A DNA stretch of 64,000 nt from Carcharhinus amblyrhynchos (taxonomy: Eukaryota): positions 51,584,001 through 51,648,000 of the forward strand of contig OZ336884.1 in NCBI GenBank assembly GCA_965287045.1, given 5' to 3'. Below are positions 13,077 through 27,435 of the stretch, piece by piece (the first letter of the stretch is position 1; every line of letters starts with the position of its first letter). Under the pieces are notes generated by a model. It worked only from the letters and a program-made list of their open reading frames with translations. It was not told the origin of the DNA and did not search any database. Both the position numbers and the translations under genes were made by a program.

Positions 13077-13929
13077 TTAAGGCAGTGCTGGCACAGATTT
13101 CTAAATGTTGTACATTCTAAATTCATGAACAGTTAAAGCTTCAAACAAGTAGCAGCTGCATGGCAACTAAAAGGGTTTAGTATCAGAAAATAATGAGTTA
13201 ATAGAAGGTTTATCTTTCTTTGTATATCACACTGAATACAGGACAGAGCTGAAGGTAATGCTGTAACAAAGGCAATTAGCTCATGACTGTGATCCTGATG
13301 GTTATTAAGAACTTGGAATAAATGGAGAAATTGTATTGATTTCCCATAACACAATGTGGCGCCAACCACCTACTAAAGAAAAACAAACACCAGTCCCATG
13401 TGACAAAACATACACTTATATAGAGAATAGTGTACAATTGGAGATTAGAGGACCTAAAAGTGGTCATGTTTATTGCTCGTTTCCTTCCAAAATGTATTAA
13501 AATCACTTTGCTGCAACATTTTGAAGTCTAATTAATTCAAGTATTAACAATGTAAATCGTATTACACTTTTCACCGGAGACCAGAGATGCAGTATACAGG
13601 AAACAACTGGAAGAACAAATAGGCCGCACTCCGGAGCTCGTTAAAAAAATACTTTTCAAAATGCAAACTAAAACACTGAATCTACACTTTGAGCTAGAAA
13701 CTTGATTTGGGCAATGGTGCAAAGCAGGTAGTGTCAGGTCAGCCACCCACTACATGGAGTGCAACAGAACTGAGTATCAAATGTTGCATCTAACAGATCA
13801 TTTTACACTATCTTCCAAGGCATATTTCTATCCCTTTGCGGTTTCTTCGAGCATCCTTCTGGGTAAATAAACCAGGATGGGGATAATTTTGATCCCGCAT
13901 GATGGTGTAAAATAGGTGATGGCAAATTA

Positions 13930-14073
13930 TGGCTGGAATTCTCCTATCTAGTCTGCCACGGGAATTGTAGCGGGGGGAGTGGAGCTGACACTGTGGCGGA
14001 CCATGCAAAGGTCCACTGATCTCAGGCGGGATTCTCCAGTTTTGATACATGTGTGGCCGAAGAATCCCACCCC
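13930..14073. mobile_element. MITE-like element (same family)
   Basis: ggctggaattctcc ... gaagaatcccaccc termini; internal gaccatgcaaaggtccactga shared with the 6985 copy. Confidence 0.7.
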
Positions 14074-14559
14074 ATATCTCTGATTTTATATTTTTGACCT
14101 GTGCTTCCATTGAAGTTGGTGGAAATAAAAATTGGGAAGAACCTTTAGAACAGGCTGCCGATTTGCTGTCACCAGCTTCACACTAACACATAAAAGTCAA
14201 AATGACTTCTGTTGTCACAGTAAGCTACACAGGCCAGCAGCACCAACTTGTCCCTGGTTCAGTGCTGAATTATCTGATCTCAAATGTAATAAAAGTGCAA
14301 CTTGGATACTCATTAATGAGTAGAAATAAATCAGGTTGGGGCTCCTTCCTGGATGAGAATGAAAAAATACAAATGCTGAAAAATGTGAAATAAGAATAGT
14401 ATTACTTGAAATACATGGCAAATATTAAAAAAAAGGTATATGAAAGGTCAAGAATTGATGCACAGAATCTTTTCTCGCCTCATCAAATACTGACAGGTGC
14501 TCCCTGTATTTTCAGTAATATTTTGGCTTTCCCATTCTCAAGTATTAATTAATTACACA

Positions 14560-16020
14560 CACAAAAGGCCATTCAGCCCAAAAGTCCGTTCTGCTGTTTA
14601 TGCTTCATACAAACCTCCCATCCATCTTTATCTAACCTCATTAACAAATCCTTTTATCCATACCCCCAATGTGTCCATCTAGCTTCCTTTTAACTACATC
14701 TATCACATTGAAGCCACTGCCTGGGTAAAGAGGTTTCTCCTGATTTCCTCATTGAGCCACTAGTTCTTGGTCTCACCTGCAAACAGAAACATTGGCTGGA
14801 ATTTTCCGGCCCCTCCATGACGTGACCCACCATGGGAGATGCAGTGGCCCAGCCAAACGTCCATGGACTTTCAGTGGAATCAGATTATCCTGGCAACAGA
14901 TAGAGCTGGAAAATTGTGCAAATCATCTCTACTTCTATCACCTCCCCTTCTTAATCATAAACACCTTCATTAGGTTCTCAAGCGGTCTTCCCTTTCAAGG
15001 GAAAAATGCCTGTTCACTATTTCCTAATAGGCATAATCATTCAATTCTGGTTATCATTCTAATAAATATTTCTTTCATTTTCCCCAGTGCCTTTGTACCC
15101 TTTTAAATTTGGAGACTAGAATTTATAGACGCCTTACAGTGCAGGTGGCCATTTGGCCCATAGAGTCTGCACCAACTCTCTGGCACAGTATCGTACCTAG
15201 ACTCTCTCCCCATTCTATTCCCGTTACCCATTCATTTCCCATGGCAAATCCAACCTACACATCTTGGGACACAAAGGGGAAATTTAGCATGGGCAATCCA
15301 CCTAACCTGCACATTTTTGTGCTGTGGAATCTTCACACTATAACAAATATTGTCTAACCGAAGTTCTATACAAGTTTAACATCATTTTTGTTTTTCAATT
15401 CTACCCATTTAGAAATGAACCTTAATGATTTATTATTGTTATGGCCTTATTAACCTGTGTCATTACTTGACAACCTGTACAAATCCTCCAGTTCCACTAT
15501 CCCATTTAGACATTATTTTCAAAGGAGTATGCGGCCTCCTTATTCTTACTACCAAAATGTACTACCTCCGTACTTAATACGTTGAAGATCATTTGTCAAT
15601 GACATGCTCGTTTCCAACTTTATTAATGTCTTCTTCTATTTTGTCACATCCCTTCTCTGTGATAACTAGATTCTCCAAGTCGTCCAAAAACTTTGAAATT
15701 GTACATCTGGCTCTCAAGTCCAAATCATTTCTGTAAATTGTGAACCCAGCTCCAATCCTTGTCAAACACACTTTCCTCTATTTGCCTACAAAGTAACAAC
15801 ACTTATTCTTTACTGTTTCCTGTTTTGTCGCTAGCTTGCTATCCGTTCTATTTTCCCCTTAGTTCCACATGTTCTACATCTTAGTCATGAGTCTATTAGG
15901 AGTTACCTTACCAAAGGCTTTACATAAGTTCAAACACATTATGTATCCCATATTCCTCTTCTCTGCACTTTCTTAGAAGAATTCAATGAGATTGGTCATG
16001 CATGACCTCCTATTTGAAAT
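14560..16020 (-). mobile_element. Old CR1 LINE fragment with nested MITE (14794-14917) and V-SINE (~15120-15330)
   Basis: CR1 3' UTR start (aggccattcagccc), degenerate RT (IYRNDLD...ISKFLDD in ORF 15589..15771). Confidence 0.75.
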
Positions 16021-19000
16021 CCAATGGAAAAAATCCATGCGTTGATAGTGGGATGGTATTTGAAACCCATCACAGGTCAAACGAAAGGTGTCACTCATTG
16101 TCTGAACATGTGAAAAACCACCATTTGGCGAAACACCAGAAAACTGAGTGACCTATGGAACCACTCCTCCAGCAAGAAACAGGCTTAATAGAATAATAGG
16201 AACTATCAAGAAAACAACAAAATTATATCATGCTTCCTTCTGCAGGCATTACAATTGATGACACAACTCAATGGAGTAAAGATAATGGTGGTGAAATCCA
16301 CCTTTTGCAGAATCACTTTAGTACTCCATTTTGCACCAGAGCTCAAGATGAATTTTACCCGAGTGAGAAAATGGCTGAATTCAACTCATGATCATGATGA
16401 AATTTTGAGGGTGGAAAATTGGCAGCAAATTGACTGGAAAACAAAAATGAAGCTGTGTATTCAGGTTTCAAAGACTTCAACCCATGCCAGCCAAAGTGAA
16501 TAGTTTATATTTCAAGTCACCGTGGTGAGACAGGACTGATAAAGTGCAGCTGTAGATCACAAGTGATCCTTGAGCCTGGCAAACTAGCTGTTGTAATCCT
16601 GCAGTTCTTTGTTCTTCCTGTTTGAATTTTCTGGGCCTTCGAGGCTGGGAAAAGATTGTGCTCCCTAACTGGTGAATAAATTATAAACCACAGCAACCAA
16701 ATTCTTAAAGCATATCAATATGTTGTGTTCAATTTTACACATGAACTAGACGCTCCATGGTACAAATCTCATGTGTGGAACAGGATGGAAGAATGAATGG
16801 CTTACTCCCGCTCCTTCTACATTTCTTAGTGGCTGAAGACGACAAAAAGCTCAGTTGCTCTGTGGTATGGTAGAGGTTTGTAGGGATTTGTAAACAGACC
16901 CACAGCAGCACTTGCACAGTAGTGGTCCTTGTGCTACTATAGCTGCAATATTTATGTGACGATATCGATAGTTTCTTTTACCTGACAACAAGCCAACTTC
17001 GAATTTTTTTAAAAACTGTATTCATGCATTTGTACCTGTGGCTTTTCATGTAAACAGCTATAGGGATTTGGAGCTTAATGAATACACGTGGTCAGTGAAC
17101 ATAATTTCATGGTAAATGCATTTTATACCTAAGAGGATTTAACTGTAATTTTTTTTACATTCGTAAAGCATGTGATAAGAAGCTTATATCTTGCTGCACA
17201 GTTTGGACCTCAGAGCAGGTGCTGTAATCTGTGTAATCCCCGCCTATCAAAACTGTGGGCTCAGATATTGCAATGGAATAGTTCTACCGGATGGTATAAT
17301 ATTGTCTTACAACACTCACAATATATATTTTCTTTGACAAATAAAAATAAATTTGTAGGAGTTGAGTCTAACTGCATTCTCTATTCACACAGCCATTCCT
17401 TATGTCGCACCCTGTAAGGCGAGTGTCAACAAGGCATTTAAATATGCCAATGTCAAGCATTGTCTAATTGCAGATGCACATCTTCCAGCACATTTTTCCC
17501 ATCCCAGCCCAGGCTGCTAAAGCTAATCTTTTCATTCCACACATTGCCCAGACTAAATTAGACCAGGGGTTCAATCTAGATGCTTGGGCACTGTGGTCAG
17601 TCACTAAACCATCAGTGCAGGCATCCAGTGCAATAAGTCCTCAGCTTAAGTCACCCTGTTTAAATCATTATGCTTTACTGCTGGTAACTTAAAGGGGCTG
17701 GTATTTGTGTTCAGCATCTGGAGTTTTAATGTCATTTGATGCTGGACTTGATGTAGGGTCGCATGAACCAATTGGTGCCATTTTGAAGTCATCTCTCCTG
17801 CTCCCCAGTCATTGCCCCATCCAGAATATAGCTCATCTTCATGAGCCTGCCACTCAAAATGGCTTTCGCTCTGTAAGTTGCTTTCTAGCCTCTCACTGCT
17901 CACAAATCTCGCCCATAGCAAGGGTGTGAAATAGAGAAGCAGGAGTGTTGGCTAGCAGGAGGGTTAGCGATGAATAGAAGAATGAAGCAGCTGGAGGGCT
18001 GGGTAGCAAGAATGGCACTAAGTTGGAGGGTTGGCAAATGGGAAGCAAGTAGCATTAACATGTTTCTTTGATATTTGTTATTTTATTTCAGGAGTTATTT
18101 AATTTTCAAATGTAGCAATTTATAAGTGTACAGTATTTAAACTTGCAATGATATATTGTTCAATGTTTTTCTGATGAGAGGTCCTCCTGAAATTTACATT
18201 GACTCTGATGGAAAATCTGATCTGTTTAATGACATATAATTTAAAGTAGCACCTTTCAAGCACACAATTACAATGTTACGCAAGGAATTATTGTACAACG
18301 TGTGGAAGGCCAATGGCTTACAGTTTTAAAACATTGGAAATGCTGCCTACTCCGTTGTACACTTTGTCATCTAAAGAGTTGTAAGCTATAATCAAGCTCC
18401 TTAAGACCATGCACCTAAAAAAAACCTTAGTATGTACTAATCATTCTTTTGCTGACATTTATGGTGGAAGGATTGTTGGATAATTTGGATCAGAATGTGT
18501 CAAGGGTAAATGGTAGTCTGAGTGCTTTTGTTGAGAATGGACGCTTCAAAAAGCAGACATTACTTTGCCATGAGAAGGTCTTTTTGCTAAATAAACAAAC
18601 AAGAACATTTGTTACTGTGGCAGGCAATAGTCACCTATGTTATTTATTGCTCCTAAAGTGTCCCACTTGACAATAGGTACGTATGGAGCCTGAATAGTGC
18701 CAATTGGTCTAACATTTACAAAGGTGCTGACTAAAGAACATAGAAGTGATTGGATGTCAACATTTACACTCAAAGTCAAATACATTAGCATTAGACTTCA
18801 TTACTCTTCCACAGGCTAGAGATAAATGAGACAGCAAGATAAAAGGAAAACTTGTCCTTCAAGACCACTAAGGGCTGGGAAAAGAAGATTGTGGCACGCT
18901 ATGCTCATCTAAATTCTGTTCATGAAAGTTGTTCTTACTAGACTTAAATTGGATATATAAACCAGTTTTACAAAAAGTGGCTAATGCAAAATGTATAAGT

Positions 19001-19832
19001 GGAACACAAACCAGCTGATCTCTTGCCTAGTCTAAATCTGGTTCCGTACAGTCCAGGAGTTGTTATTTAGAAAGCAGGATTCGGATCAAATTAATTTCAT
19101 TATACAGGAATATACGTGTGGTACTGTTACTGGTCTTTTACTGCATTTCCAATAAGTATAAATGCCGTAAATTCTTTTAAAGGATTCATGCAATTTTGAA
19201 GAAAAAAAGAGTTGCATTTATTACAGCTTACACAGTATTTTGATGAAGCATCTTTCCTACCCCAACTCGGTGTTAGAAACTAAATGAACAGAACCATATC
19301 AATAAGAACATAAGTAAGAGCAGGAGTAGGCCATTTGGCCTCCCGAGCCTGTTCCGTCATTCAGTAAGATCATAGCTGATCTTTCCGTGGACTCAACTCC
19401 ACTTACCTGCCCACTCAGCATAACCCTTAGTTCCTTTACTGATCAAAAATCTGTTTTTGCCTTAAAAACAAATAGGTAGCTTTAACTGCTTTACTGGGCA
19501 GGGAATTCCAGATTCACAATCCTTTGGGTGAAAAAGTTCCTCCTCAATTCAGTCCTAAATCTGCTCCCCCTTATTTTGAGGCTATGCCCCCTTGTTCTAG
19601 TTTCACCCACCAGTGGAAACAACCTCCGTGTTTCATAATTTTATATGTTCCTATAAAATTCCCCCCTTATTCTTCTAAACTCCAAAAAGTATGGCCTCAG
19701 TCTACTCAGTCTCTCCTCATAAGCCAACCCTCTCAACTCCAGAATCAACTCTGCACTCCCTCCAGTTGCAGTGCATCGTTTCTCAAGTAAGGAAATCAAA
19801 CAGGAATAAAGAAATCAGTCTCACCAGCACCC

Positions 19833-20127
19833 TTTTTGTTTTTATTCCAATTCAATCAAAACAAGTCCAATTCAGAGTCTCAACAGGTTGAGATATTCCT
19901 GATCCAAGCTGACAAGACAGGGCTCTTACTTCTTGTCTTGGGCTTGATCTCCCATGATTAGAGCAGGCATAACTCCTTCTCTAAGGCTTGATCTCATTTG
20001 CATCTTAGCCAAAAGCCGAGATGCCGCTTTTAAAAATTGATCCAAATTAAGTTAAAATGTAACCTAATGACTTCAATCAAGCACAGCATTTCGATACTAC
20101 AGTTGATCTTAGCAAAAGGCCGAGAAG
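19833..20127 (-). mobile_element. U2 snRNA-headed non-autonomous retroelement / U2 chimera
   Basis: 5' end matches U2 nt 5-40; second U2-like copy at 20002-20021; ends in AATAAA plus an A-rich tail. Confidence 0.8.
20093..20127 (-). pseudogene. U2 snRNA 5' fragment (nt 5-40)
   Basis: CTTCTCGGCCTTTTG-CTAAGATCAACTGTAGTATC vs U2 CTTCTCGGCCTTTTGGCTAAGATCAAGTGTAGTATC (1 gap, 1 mismatch). Confidence 0.92.
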
Positions 20128-21349
20128 ACTCCATCCCTCTAGCAATGAAGGACAAAATTCCATTTGTCTTCTTAATTACCTGCTGCACCTGCAAACCAAT
20201 TTTTTGTGATTCATATCAAATTGGAAATTAATTCCTGGGAATCAGATACTTTTAAAAAACTCCCAAATTTTGCTTCTTTTACAAATAAATGTACAATAAT
20301 TTATATTTGCTTAGTTAATGGAAGTTGTAAAACCTGATTGTGCGGCAGACAGATTTTTGTGTTTGTATATGATAGTGCTCAGCTCAGATCAAATACAATG
20401 ATGAGAGAGTTTCAAACGATACAGGCAGGGAATTAAGCAAATTCTGAGGAACAGTTGCAAAACTTAAAATGTGTCCAGACATTAATATCATTGGGTGGAG
20501 AGTCTTGTGCCATAAACAAAATCATATACATCAGGTACTGACAAGCAGTTAAGTGAGCTGCAAAGATTACAGAACTTTCTGAAACACAAGTCATTATCCA
20601 CAATGTGAACAAGGTTATCCATCCTTATGCGGTAATAAACAATATTCGTACGGGAACAGCTCATTCTATATAGATTCACTCAAGCAAATAGTAAAAATAT
20701 TTTTATTCTCCAACAAAAAATATTGCAAGCATAAAATAATAACCTCTGAATCATAAATCCCATTTGGACCAAGACACAAAAGAGCCTGCCAACTGATTGC
20801 AGTTCCAATCAGTTACTGGATAAATTCCAGACTGTGGCACTGATTCGTACAGCAGTTTTATTCTGGATGCGCACTGAATTTTCTGATCTTGGCTAAGACC
20901 ACAATTGAGCTGATATTACTGGCAGGCAAAAGAATAACAGGGTTCTTGCTCCTGGATTTCTATTCCATTCTCCTTGGGCGAAGTACATGTGTATGCACTT
21001 CAATTTTCACCACTGGTCTGTCACCCAAAGTCCACTCAAGAGTAAAAATTCACAGTAAATTATATAAATCACATCACATCATCCTGTACACGAGGCCAAA
21101 GTCATGTCAATAACACCTCAATGCTCTCTTGCCTAACCAACAAAACCACTACCTAAAATTTCTCATGAAGAAATGTTCTTCAATATATTGGTTTGGGTAG
21201 ATATCATTTCTTCGGAAAATACAGAAAAGGAGAAAGGCCGCTGAAAATGCCTCTGATGCCAGAAATTGGAAAGAGGTGAGAGAGAATGATTGTGTAGAAC
21301 TTAAACATGTTAATAAAAGCAGAAAAATACTGGGAGGGAAATGTATATT

Positions 21350-22140
21350 GGGTGGAAGTCCCTTCCAAAAATTCGAAGTGCTGGATTTGTGTCAAAACTG
21401 GAGTAAATCCCACTGATTTTTCAAAGCAAGATTTTCAAAATGAATCTCGCACACTCTGATGCACAGACAGCCCTAGTGTGAAATTCTGGGGGTGAGGCCT
21501 TTTCTCACTGGAGGGGCTGTCAACACAGCACTGAGCTGGCCACTGCGCACGCGCTGATCTGTCAGAGTGAAGATTGGCGCGTGTGCAGTAGCCCCACACT
21601 GCTGACCTCCCGATCACTGGTCAACCCTGCGGCCCCACCCCTCCAACCCCAATCGTTGTCCTCCCTCTGCCTACGAACCCAAATGCAAAGTGGCAGCGGG
21701 ACCACCCCCACAATCTCCCTCCACATAGGCCCCACCTACCCATATGCCCTGCCCCACTTCTGGCTCTATCCCTTGGCACAGCCCCATGTCTGGTGGATGG
21801 TGCCAAGGTGCCTCTAAGGCATCGCCACTTTGCCCCTTGGACAGCGCTACGAGGCTATGCTGGCAATGTTCAGGAGGCATCCCACCCCAACATGCTGAAG
21901 GGCCTCCATAATCCCACCTCCGCTTCACTCCAGCTGGGTTGGGCCACCAGCTGTTGTAAACCCCCGCTGAAGTGAAACACTTCTGGCTGGGGGCACCGCT
22001 AGCGGGCCAAGAGATTTCCGACACGGGCCCGCTAAGGAAATGCAAATTCTCATTTAATGCGCAGAGGCCATGGCGACCAGTGGGGAGCCCACTAAACGGC
22101 CTCTGCTGATGTCGCCATGGCTAGCTGGAGGAATCGCCCC
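21350..22140. mobile_element. GC-rich non-autonomous DNA-transposon-like element
   Basis: Abrupt GC/CpG-rich block whose termini resemble the MITE family (gggtggaagt... / ...ggaatcgcccc); no coding similarity recognised. Confidence 0.5.
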
Positions 22141-23673
22141 TATTATGTATCAGAAAACAGAAAACAACTCAGGAAAGAATGATTGGGTAGAGCATCTCAA
22201 ACAAGAAATGGAAGAAGCATTAAGAAATTAAACAAAGAGGAAGTATTTCAAATAGTCACTGATGTCGGTTGAGGAAAGCTTACTATAGTCTTTTACTGGT
22301 CTCATAAACTGCTCCAACAAAGCTCAAGGCAATCTTCAAGAACAGGACTTTTTGGTCAAGGCCAGTGTTATCCATAGAAAATGTTAACCATTAACAATAA
22401 TGACTACAGCAACACCTTTTCAGCTAAACTCATAACTTTCTTGGAAAATGCCTTGCACGCAATACAAATAAATGTGCTTCACATGTTTATAATTATTGGA
22501 CAAACATCCTAATCAGTAGCCAAGAAGAAAAGCACGTTCACCCTCAGCTTTCCACTGGATCATTTATCAACAAACGATTGCATACATGGTGTGAATATAA
22601 ATATTGAGATCACATTTCCAGTGACAATATCAGAAAGCAATTATTCACATCTAGATTTCAAATTAGCCACATGAGGTTAATGTATTGAACAACATTATCC
22701 TGGGCAACATGCAGCCTCTTAATATAATAAACTGAAATCTGTCATCTCAGCTGTTTCCTTATTATCAAATCTATTTTAATTTCATACCTGAACCCCACTC
22801 CTCCATCACAGGCTTTCCCTTTCCTCAGGCCTGCCACGTTTTTTGTCTTAGCAATTTATTCACCTTTTTTCTAATGTCTTAACGCTCCTTGACAAAGATG
22901 ATCTGCTACATGGTCCCATTCACGATTCCTGCCTGGACCTGCCTATCACCTCAATACATGATATATATTTTTGCTCCTCCCCTTTTTTCTGCCTTCTGTT
23001 TCAATTTTTTGAAGGTTTCCATGGTGAGAGCAAGAGCATCGAAAACGACGAATTTATGGTTGCACCATGTACAAGTCTGCCCTGAAAAGAACAGGTGTAC
23101 CTCAAAACAATTCCTTAAAAGAACTGATAAGCTGCAGGATTTCATGCAGACTATTCTTCATTCTTTTCAGCGCAAAATTTTATATGGTGTAACCATACAT
23201 TTGTCTTCCTCTTGTGTTTCAGTTTTGAAAAATGGTCTAAACCCTCACCTGTCTGTCTGTTCTCTGTCCACTAGCTTGCTTTATCTGCTGGGTACTGGTG
23301 CTTTGTGCTTTTATTTCACTGTGAAAGTGTGAAGTATTACAGAAGCCAGCAGAATACACTTGGTTGCCTGTTCAAGTTCGAAGGCTCAAAATCAATGAGA
23401 TGAGCTCGCAAAACAAACAGCGGCCAAACCTTTTGCCTACCCCGCTAATAAAGCTATCTTGAAGTTAAACGGAATGAGAAGTAAAAGAGCAGTCTTTAAA
23501 TCTCTTCGCTGTTTTTCTGCATGCTAAATGAGCTATGAGATTCAATGATAATTTAATGCTGATAAGGTTAGATGAGGAACAGAGGAAGGTCACGTGGCGT
23601 ACAGAATACAGGCACAGACTAGTCGAGCTGAGTGATCTATTCTGGTGCTGCTAATTCTGCGTAACTTGATCTA

Positions 23674-23928
<255 letters not shown>

Positions 23929-24531
23929 TTAGGAAAAAGATGAAATACATTAGTGAAGACGTGCTCCAGGACACCATACTGCAGGAACAGAACATCAGCA
24001 CAACAAATACTATTAATCCCTCTCTACAGGGACTTAATTAATTCATATTGATGTGAACTGAACTGTTTATTCAAATGAAACAGTCCTATGTAAACCCTGT
24101 AGCGCAGCATCATTTGGATTAGATCCTAGATCCATTCATCCAACTCCCATGTGTAAATCAAATAGTAAGTTCTTGGAGTGAACTAACTTTACGAATTTCA
24201 GCCAACTGTAACCACAGGAGCACAAAAACTCTCTCAAATTACAATACTAGCAACATAGAAGCGTAAGAAATAACTTGCATTCATCACCTTGGGATAGCCC
24301 AGTGTTTAATATCAAATAAATTACTTTCTGATGCAAATGTGGACACCTATCTCCATACTAAATTAAGGAAGCAATTAACCTGCCTCTGCTTTGTCAGGAT
24401 AAACATTAACCAGGACATCAGCACAACTCCCCACTTAAGGGAGGTGTCAGAGGACTGGAGAATTGCAAATGTTACACTCTTGTTACATGGATATAAAATT
24501 GGCTGAATAATAAGCAGCAGAGAGTACAATA

Positions 24532-24858
24532 ATAGAATCATAGAATCCCTGCAGTGCAGAAGATGATTCAGCCCATCGAGTCTGCATTGACCCTCACCTA
24601 GGACCAAGCCTCTGCCCCATCTCCGCAACCCCGCACATCCCCGATAGCTAATCCACCTAACCTATACACAAGGGACAATTTATCAAGGCCAGTTCCCCCA
24701 GCCTGCATATCTGTGGGAGGACATCAGAGCACCTGGAGGAAACCCACAAAGACACGGGGAGAATGTGCAAACTCCATACAGTCACCCAAGGCCAGACTCA
24801 AACCTGGGTCCGTGATGCTGTGAGGCAGCAGTGCTAATCACTGTTGTCACTGTGCCGC
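24532..24858 (-). mobile_element. V-SINE (HE1-like) inserted in a + strand CR1 fragment (~24440-25060)
   Basis: tRNA-like head, V-domain (gagcacctggaggaaacccac...gggagaatgtgcaaactcc), (atagaatc)n tail. Confidence 0.85.
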
Positions 24859-25419
24859 TCATCAATGCACATTTTTTTGAGCTGGGGGAAGATTTGTACT
24901 GGTGCTTCCCAGGGATCGGTACTGGGACCCTTGCTTTCCCGATATATATATCAATGATCTAGATCTTGGTACTCAGGGGACAATTTTGTGGATGATACAT
25001 AACTTGGAAGGATTGTGAACTGTGAAGAGGGCAATATCATCATACTGTGAGGAAATGACAGGCTTGCAGTTATATTTTTGGACTGATTACTAGTCAAATA
25101 GTATGATGACCGATACTGCTTTCTAGTCCAGAACCTTTTTAAATTTTTCCATCTTGTTTTCAAATCCCTCCATTTCTCTGTAGCTTCCTACTATCACTGT
25201 CTTAGCAATTATAACCTTTAGAATTACCTTATTAAGCCAATGAATTGCTAAGGACAGATAATGAGCATTGGATCAAGAATATAAATAGAGACCGCGCTGC
25301 AACAGTTGGAGGTAAAGAATCATAAAGAAGCTGTAACGCTGTTGAAGAATAAACTTACTTATGGCAAAATATAAGCTTCAGACAGATTCCTTCACCATAT
25401 ATTGGAGGTAACACCTTCA

Positions 25420-25705
25420 GCCACACAACACTCAATTTGCCCCGCTCCAATACTGGCCTCTTAAGCATCTCTAATTTTAATCATTCTGCTATTGGTGGGC
25501 ATACTTTCAGCTACCCAAGCCCTAAACTCTGAAATTTGCTTCTTAAACCCATTTGCTTCATTTCTCCTTTTAGGCCCTCCGTAAAACCTATGATTTGACC
25601 AAGTATTCGGCCATCTAACCTAACTTCATCCCTTTTGTGGGTGAGTATCAGTTGTTGTTTGATAACCCTCCCATGAAGTGCCTTGGGATATTTTACTGCA
25701 TCTTC
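25420..25705 (+). mobile_element. L2 LINE 3' end
   Basis: ttcagctacccaagccctaaactctgaaat...ccatgaagtgccttgggatatttt, a typical L2 tail. Confidence 0.6.
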
Positions 25706-27349
25706 AGTGTTGCATGGTTTCATTTCAATAGTATTTTCACAACATTGTTGTCTCTGGTAGTTCTATTCTATACTGTACATTCATTATATACATAAACACA
25801 CACAAACTCATCTAGCTTCAGATTTCCTCCACTCATGGGTAGCTAAAATGAACGATTAAGTCTACATCAGATTCATCCCCAAATCAAACGCTATGCTGAA
25901 GCATACTCAATGAATGTGTTATAATTTTGCCAGCTTTCATATTCTTATCCTGTTATGAACTGTTAGGTTCCACTGTGTGTCATCTAATTCTCAAGCTCAA
26001 TACATTGTTCACTGATAAACATATTTGGGCCTCGATGAGATGCCATTTATATTACAATGGCTCAATTCTAAAGCAGAAATTCATCTTCCTGAGGCCTGAC
26101 TTAGTAGCAGCAGAAGCCTGGGCCAGAGCGGTGCATTCTGAAATTGGTGAAATCTATCAATAGTGCGAGCCATTGCTACTGCAATCAAAATAGTCACATC
26201 TGGCTGAGAGATTATTCTATCAAAATGGCTACAGCAGAAAGAGTTAATACTAATGCAGCCTCAGTGTTGCTAGAATACCTCAGTGTCCAGTGCTATGGGT
26301 TGTTTATTAATACCCTCATTTTACTTTAACTAAAATCCATATTATAGGTGCAACAATGATTAATTTTTACTATTCCATGTCCTTGCGTCAAAATTCTAAA
26401 GAGTCTTTTCACAAACATAAAGCATTTCCCAATAGCTTACATGAAAAATTAAAATTGAAGCAAGCCATTTGTGGAAAACAGTCCATTTTTTATCACTGAA
26501 GGAGCTCCATTGCAAAGAAATTTCTTTAGTTTGATGAGGGAATAAAGCTAAAAGAACCACACATCATTTATTCCATGATTGTGTATAAGTGACACCATGG
26601 TTTATTTGTGTCAACTGGTTTTGTGTTTGAACACAAACAAGCAAGGGCTTGTCAAACATTTGCTTCATGATGACAATGTCTCCTTTAAGATTTCATGATT
26701 AGCACTCCTGTATCTGTGGGAATCCTTGCACTGTGCAACAAAACCTTGCTGTACACTGGCAACAGGGATACATAAAAAACTAATGTACCCTGGTGCTGTC
26801 TTGGTGGCACGTTAACAGTTTGCAGTGATGGTAATGCCAGGCTATTACATGGGGTTCGAGGCAGAACAAACAGGATTTGTGCATTCCTCTTGGGGATGTA
26901 ACTAGGCATCTTCAAGTGAGCTATTTTCAATATATGGGGCCTACCTACTGTGGAATTGGTGCTTGTGAGTTAATGAGGCATGCAAATCTTGAAGTTGTAT
27001 TAACTGCTGCATTTCTTCATGATTTACTAAAGGTTAACTACTTCAATATTTTCATTTGTGTCAACTGTCTAAGCATGCAGAAAAATCTCAAAGGGAATAA
27101 AGTTAATAAAAAAGGGAAAATACAAACCTTTTAAAGAAAGTTAAGATCCATGTAAGAGAGAACTAGCAAGGTTGAAGGAAGTCTATGGTAACATATAATG
27201 TTGAACTCAAAAGCTTGTAAAATAATTTTTGTTTTTTGTCAAGGTAAGGTTGCCACAGCCAACCCAATAATGTCTACTTTTACTCTAGTGAATTAAAGAA
27301 AAAGATATGGTAGCAGAAATAATTTTTAAAATTCCCAATGCAAACTTAC

Positions 27350-27435
27350 AGCGATATTTGTCCTCAAGGTGTGCTTTGCACAGCGACATGATGCCACTTT
27401 TAAAGGACAGAACACGAATTTTCCCTGTTCGACCA
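27350..27435 (-). CDS. DMD: Dystrophin exon 66 equivalent ([28 protein letters not shown])
   Basis: 86 nt, atctag|TGGTC...TCGCT|gtaagt; translated by hand (absent from the ORF track). Confidence 0.96.

Larger units (their letters stand above)
19303..20215 (-). mobile_element. CR1 LINE 3' fragment interrupted by an insertion at ~19833-20127
   Basis: Colinear with the 4393-5143 CR1 on both sides of the insert. Confidence 0.85.

Noticed and set aside
20093-20127. Functional U2 snRNA gene
   Set aside because: Only ~35 nt match; no Sm site or 3' stem-loops; embedded in a CR1.
22889-23332. 147-aa ORF with faint BED-finger-like SKTTNLWLHH
   Set aside because: Motif incomplete and no other transposase hallmarks; unsupported without an HMM search.
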